The translations under genes and the position numbers were made by a program. 64,000 bases of DNA. It comes from Candidatus Binatia bacterium (GTDB taxonomy: Bacteria; Desulfobacterota; Binatia; UBA9968; JAJDTQ01). The first letter of the stretch is position 1. Each line of letters starts with the position of its first letter. A model generated the notes under the pieces. The model was not told the DNA's origin, did no database searches, and was given only the letters and a program-made list of their open reading frames with translations. Of the stretch, positions 62,582-64,000 are shown piece after piece. Where the stretch lies: the NCBI GenBank assembly GCA_963666515.2, contig OY762897.2:2848001-2912000 (forward strand), written 5' to 3'.

Positions 62582-64000
62582 CCGTCCTCCAGAACCGCCT
62601 CGCCCTGCATCGATTCATGTGCCGGGAGTTCGGCTACGACGACATGAGCGCGATGCTCGAACGGTTGAACCAAGCGCTCAATGAACTAAATGCCGGCAGT
62701 GGCAGTGAGTATGCTCGGGCGTTGTATCTGAGCCCTACTCGCTCACGAGTGACCCTCGACCAACTTGCCGACTACGACGCCAACATTGTAGTACACAGTC
62801 AACGGCTGCGCATGACGGGCGAACAGGGGCGAACCTGGAAACCGCACCAATACCTTGCCCTGCTGTTCACCGAACATTACCTATGCCGCTACTTCGACGA
62901 TCCCGAGGCACTGCGGGCGGATCTCAACGAAGCGAAAGCCCGGTACCGACCGACCTTCTCCATGCCCGATTACATACCGGACGACCTACACACCTTGGCC
63001 TTTCAGAGCGCGACCGGTTCGGGCAAGACGCTCCTGATGCACGCCAACATTCTGCAGTACCGGCACTATCTGCGGCGCGCCGGCGGTCGCTTGAACAACG
63101 TCGTGCTGGTAACGCCCAACGAGCAAATGTCGGCACAACACGAGAGGGAGTTGCGCGCAAGCGGCCTGCACGCACGGCTGTTTTCCAGCGAGGCCGGCTC
63201 GGACCTATTCGCGCCGGTCGAGATCATCGACCTGAACAAGCTGGCAGAGAGGAAAGGCGTCAAACGCGTTGCCGTCCGGGACTTCGGCGACGACAACCTC
63301 GTGCTGGTCGATGAAGGGCATATGGGCGCATCCGGCAACGTCTGGCGCGAGCGCCGCAAGGAACTCTCTCGTGGCGGCTTCACCTTTGAATACTCAGCCA
63401 CCTTCAATCAGGTCGCGGGCAGCAAGGCCGAGGACCTGCTGCACGCTTACGGCAAGTGCCTGCTGTTCGATTACCCCTATCGCCGGTTTCACGAGGACGG
63501 CTACGGCAAGGACTATGCCATCCTGAACCTGCCGGGTGGAGTGCAGGACCAGAACAGCCTCATGTATCTGTTGGGCTGTTTGTTGACCTTCTACCAGCAA
63601 TGCCGGATCTGGCGGGACAAGGGCGCATTCTGGCAGACATTCAACCTGGCGAAGCCCTTGTGGGTGTTTCTGGGCAAAACGGTGACGGGATCAAGCAAGG
63701 CGGACCAGGCCACGCAGTCCGACGTGGTCCGCATCCTGCATTTCCTCGGCTGGGTGTCGGCACACGGCAAAGAAGTGCAGTCCATGATCGACCGTCTGCT
63801 CGCCGGACAGTCGGGTTTGCTCAACGACGCCGGGCGCGATTATTTCGCCGGCCGCTTTCCCTACGTGCCTCGGGCGGGAGAAGCCATCTACACCGATCTG
63901 TGCGAGACATTGTTCCACGGAACGGGGCGACTGCACGTCGTCTATCTAACCGCCGGCGAGGGGGAGTTGCACCTTCGCACCGCAGACAACGACCCCTTCG
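62578..64000 (+). CDS. Type III restriction enzyme Res subunit (SF2 helicase-like); 3' end runs off the window
   Basis: Translated from ATG 62578: MTVLQNRLAL..WKPHQYLALLFTE..LAFQSATGSGKTLLMH..TPNE..LVLVDEGH..FEYSATF..DGYGKDY. No stop before the window end. Confidence 0.85.
   Translation, partial: MTVLQNRLALHRFMCREFGYDDMSAMLERLNQALNELNAGSGSEYARALYLSPTRSRVTLDQLADYDANIVVHSQRLRMTGEQGRTWKPHQYLALLFTEHYLCRYFDDPEALRADLNEAKARYRPTFSMPDYIPDDLHTLAFQSATGSGKTLLMHANILQYRHYLRRAGGRLNNVVLVTPNEQMSAQHERELRASGLHARLFSSEAGSDLFAPVEIIDLNKLAERKGVKRVAVRDFGDDNLVLVDEGHMGASGNVWRERRKELSRGGFTFEYSATFNQVAGSKAEDLLHAYGKCLLFDYPYRRFHEDGYGKDYAILNLPGGVQDQNSLMYLLGCLLTFYQQCRIWRDKGAFWQTFNLAKPLWVFLGKTVTGSSKADQATQSDVVRILHFLGWVSAHGKEVQSMIDRLLAGQSGLLNDAGRDYFAGRFPYVPRAGEAIYTDLCETLFHGTGRLHVVYLTAGEGELHLRTADNDPF

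Overview
High-GC bacterial chromosome segment. The gene order (yceD-rpmF-plsX-fab-glyA-nrdR-rib-nusB-leuS-lptE, and yebC-ruvCAB-ntrY) resembles deltaproteobacteria-like lineages (inference). 1-17.5 kb is accessory metabolism: a xanthine-oxidase-family Mo enzyme (HcrA/HcrC-like), an aryl-CoA ligase, a formyl-THF-dependent enzyme, a VOC / divergent IspH-like / UbiD / LOG-like operon, transporters and pncB. 17.6-43 kb is mostly housekeeping. 43-57.6 kb holds acyl-CoA catabolism (CitE-like lyase, acyl-CoA dehydrogenase, MaoC, CoA-transferase III), acnA and several REP-like palindromes. From about 57.6 kb there is a visibly more AT-rich defence island: YhcG nuclease, an unknown protein plus a DUF2791/BrxD-like ATPase cut by an IS1380, and a type III Res subunit. 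The two strongest candidates for undescribed systems are (1) an NtrY-like kinase whose partner is a receiver domain fused in frame to an intact LpxC, suggesting phosphorylation-gated lipid A synthesis, and (2) an IspH-fold [4Fe-4S] protein that has lost its diphosphate-binding and catalytic residues and sits in an operon with a prFMN-dependent UbiD. Also noted: a 192-bp MITE inserted in a REP loop with a 4-bp target duplication, several pseudo-enzymes, and a glyA frameshift. All family calls come from motif recognition by eye; no database search was run.
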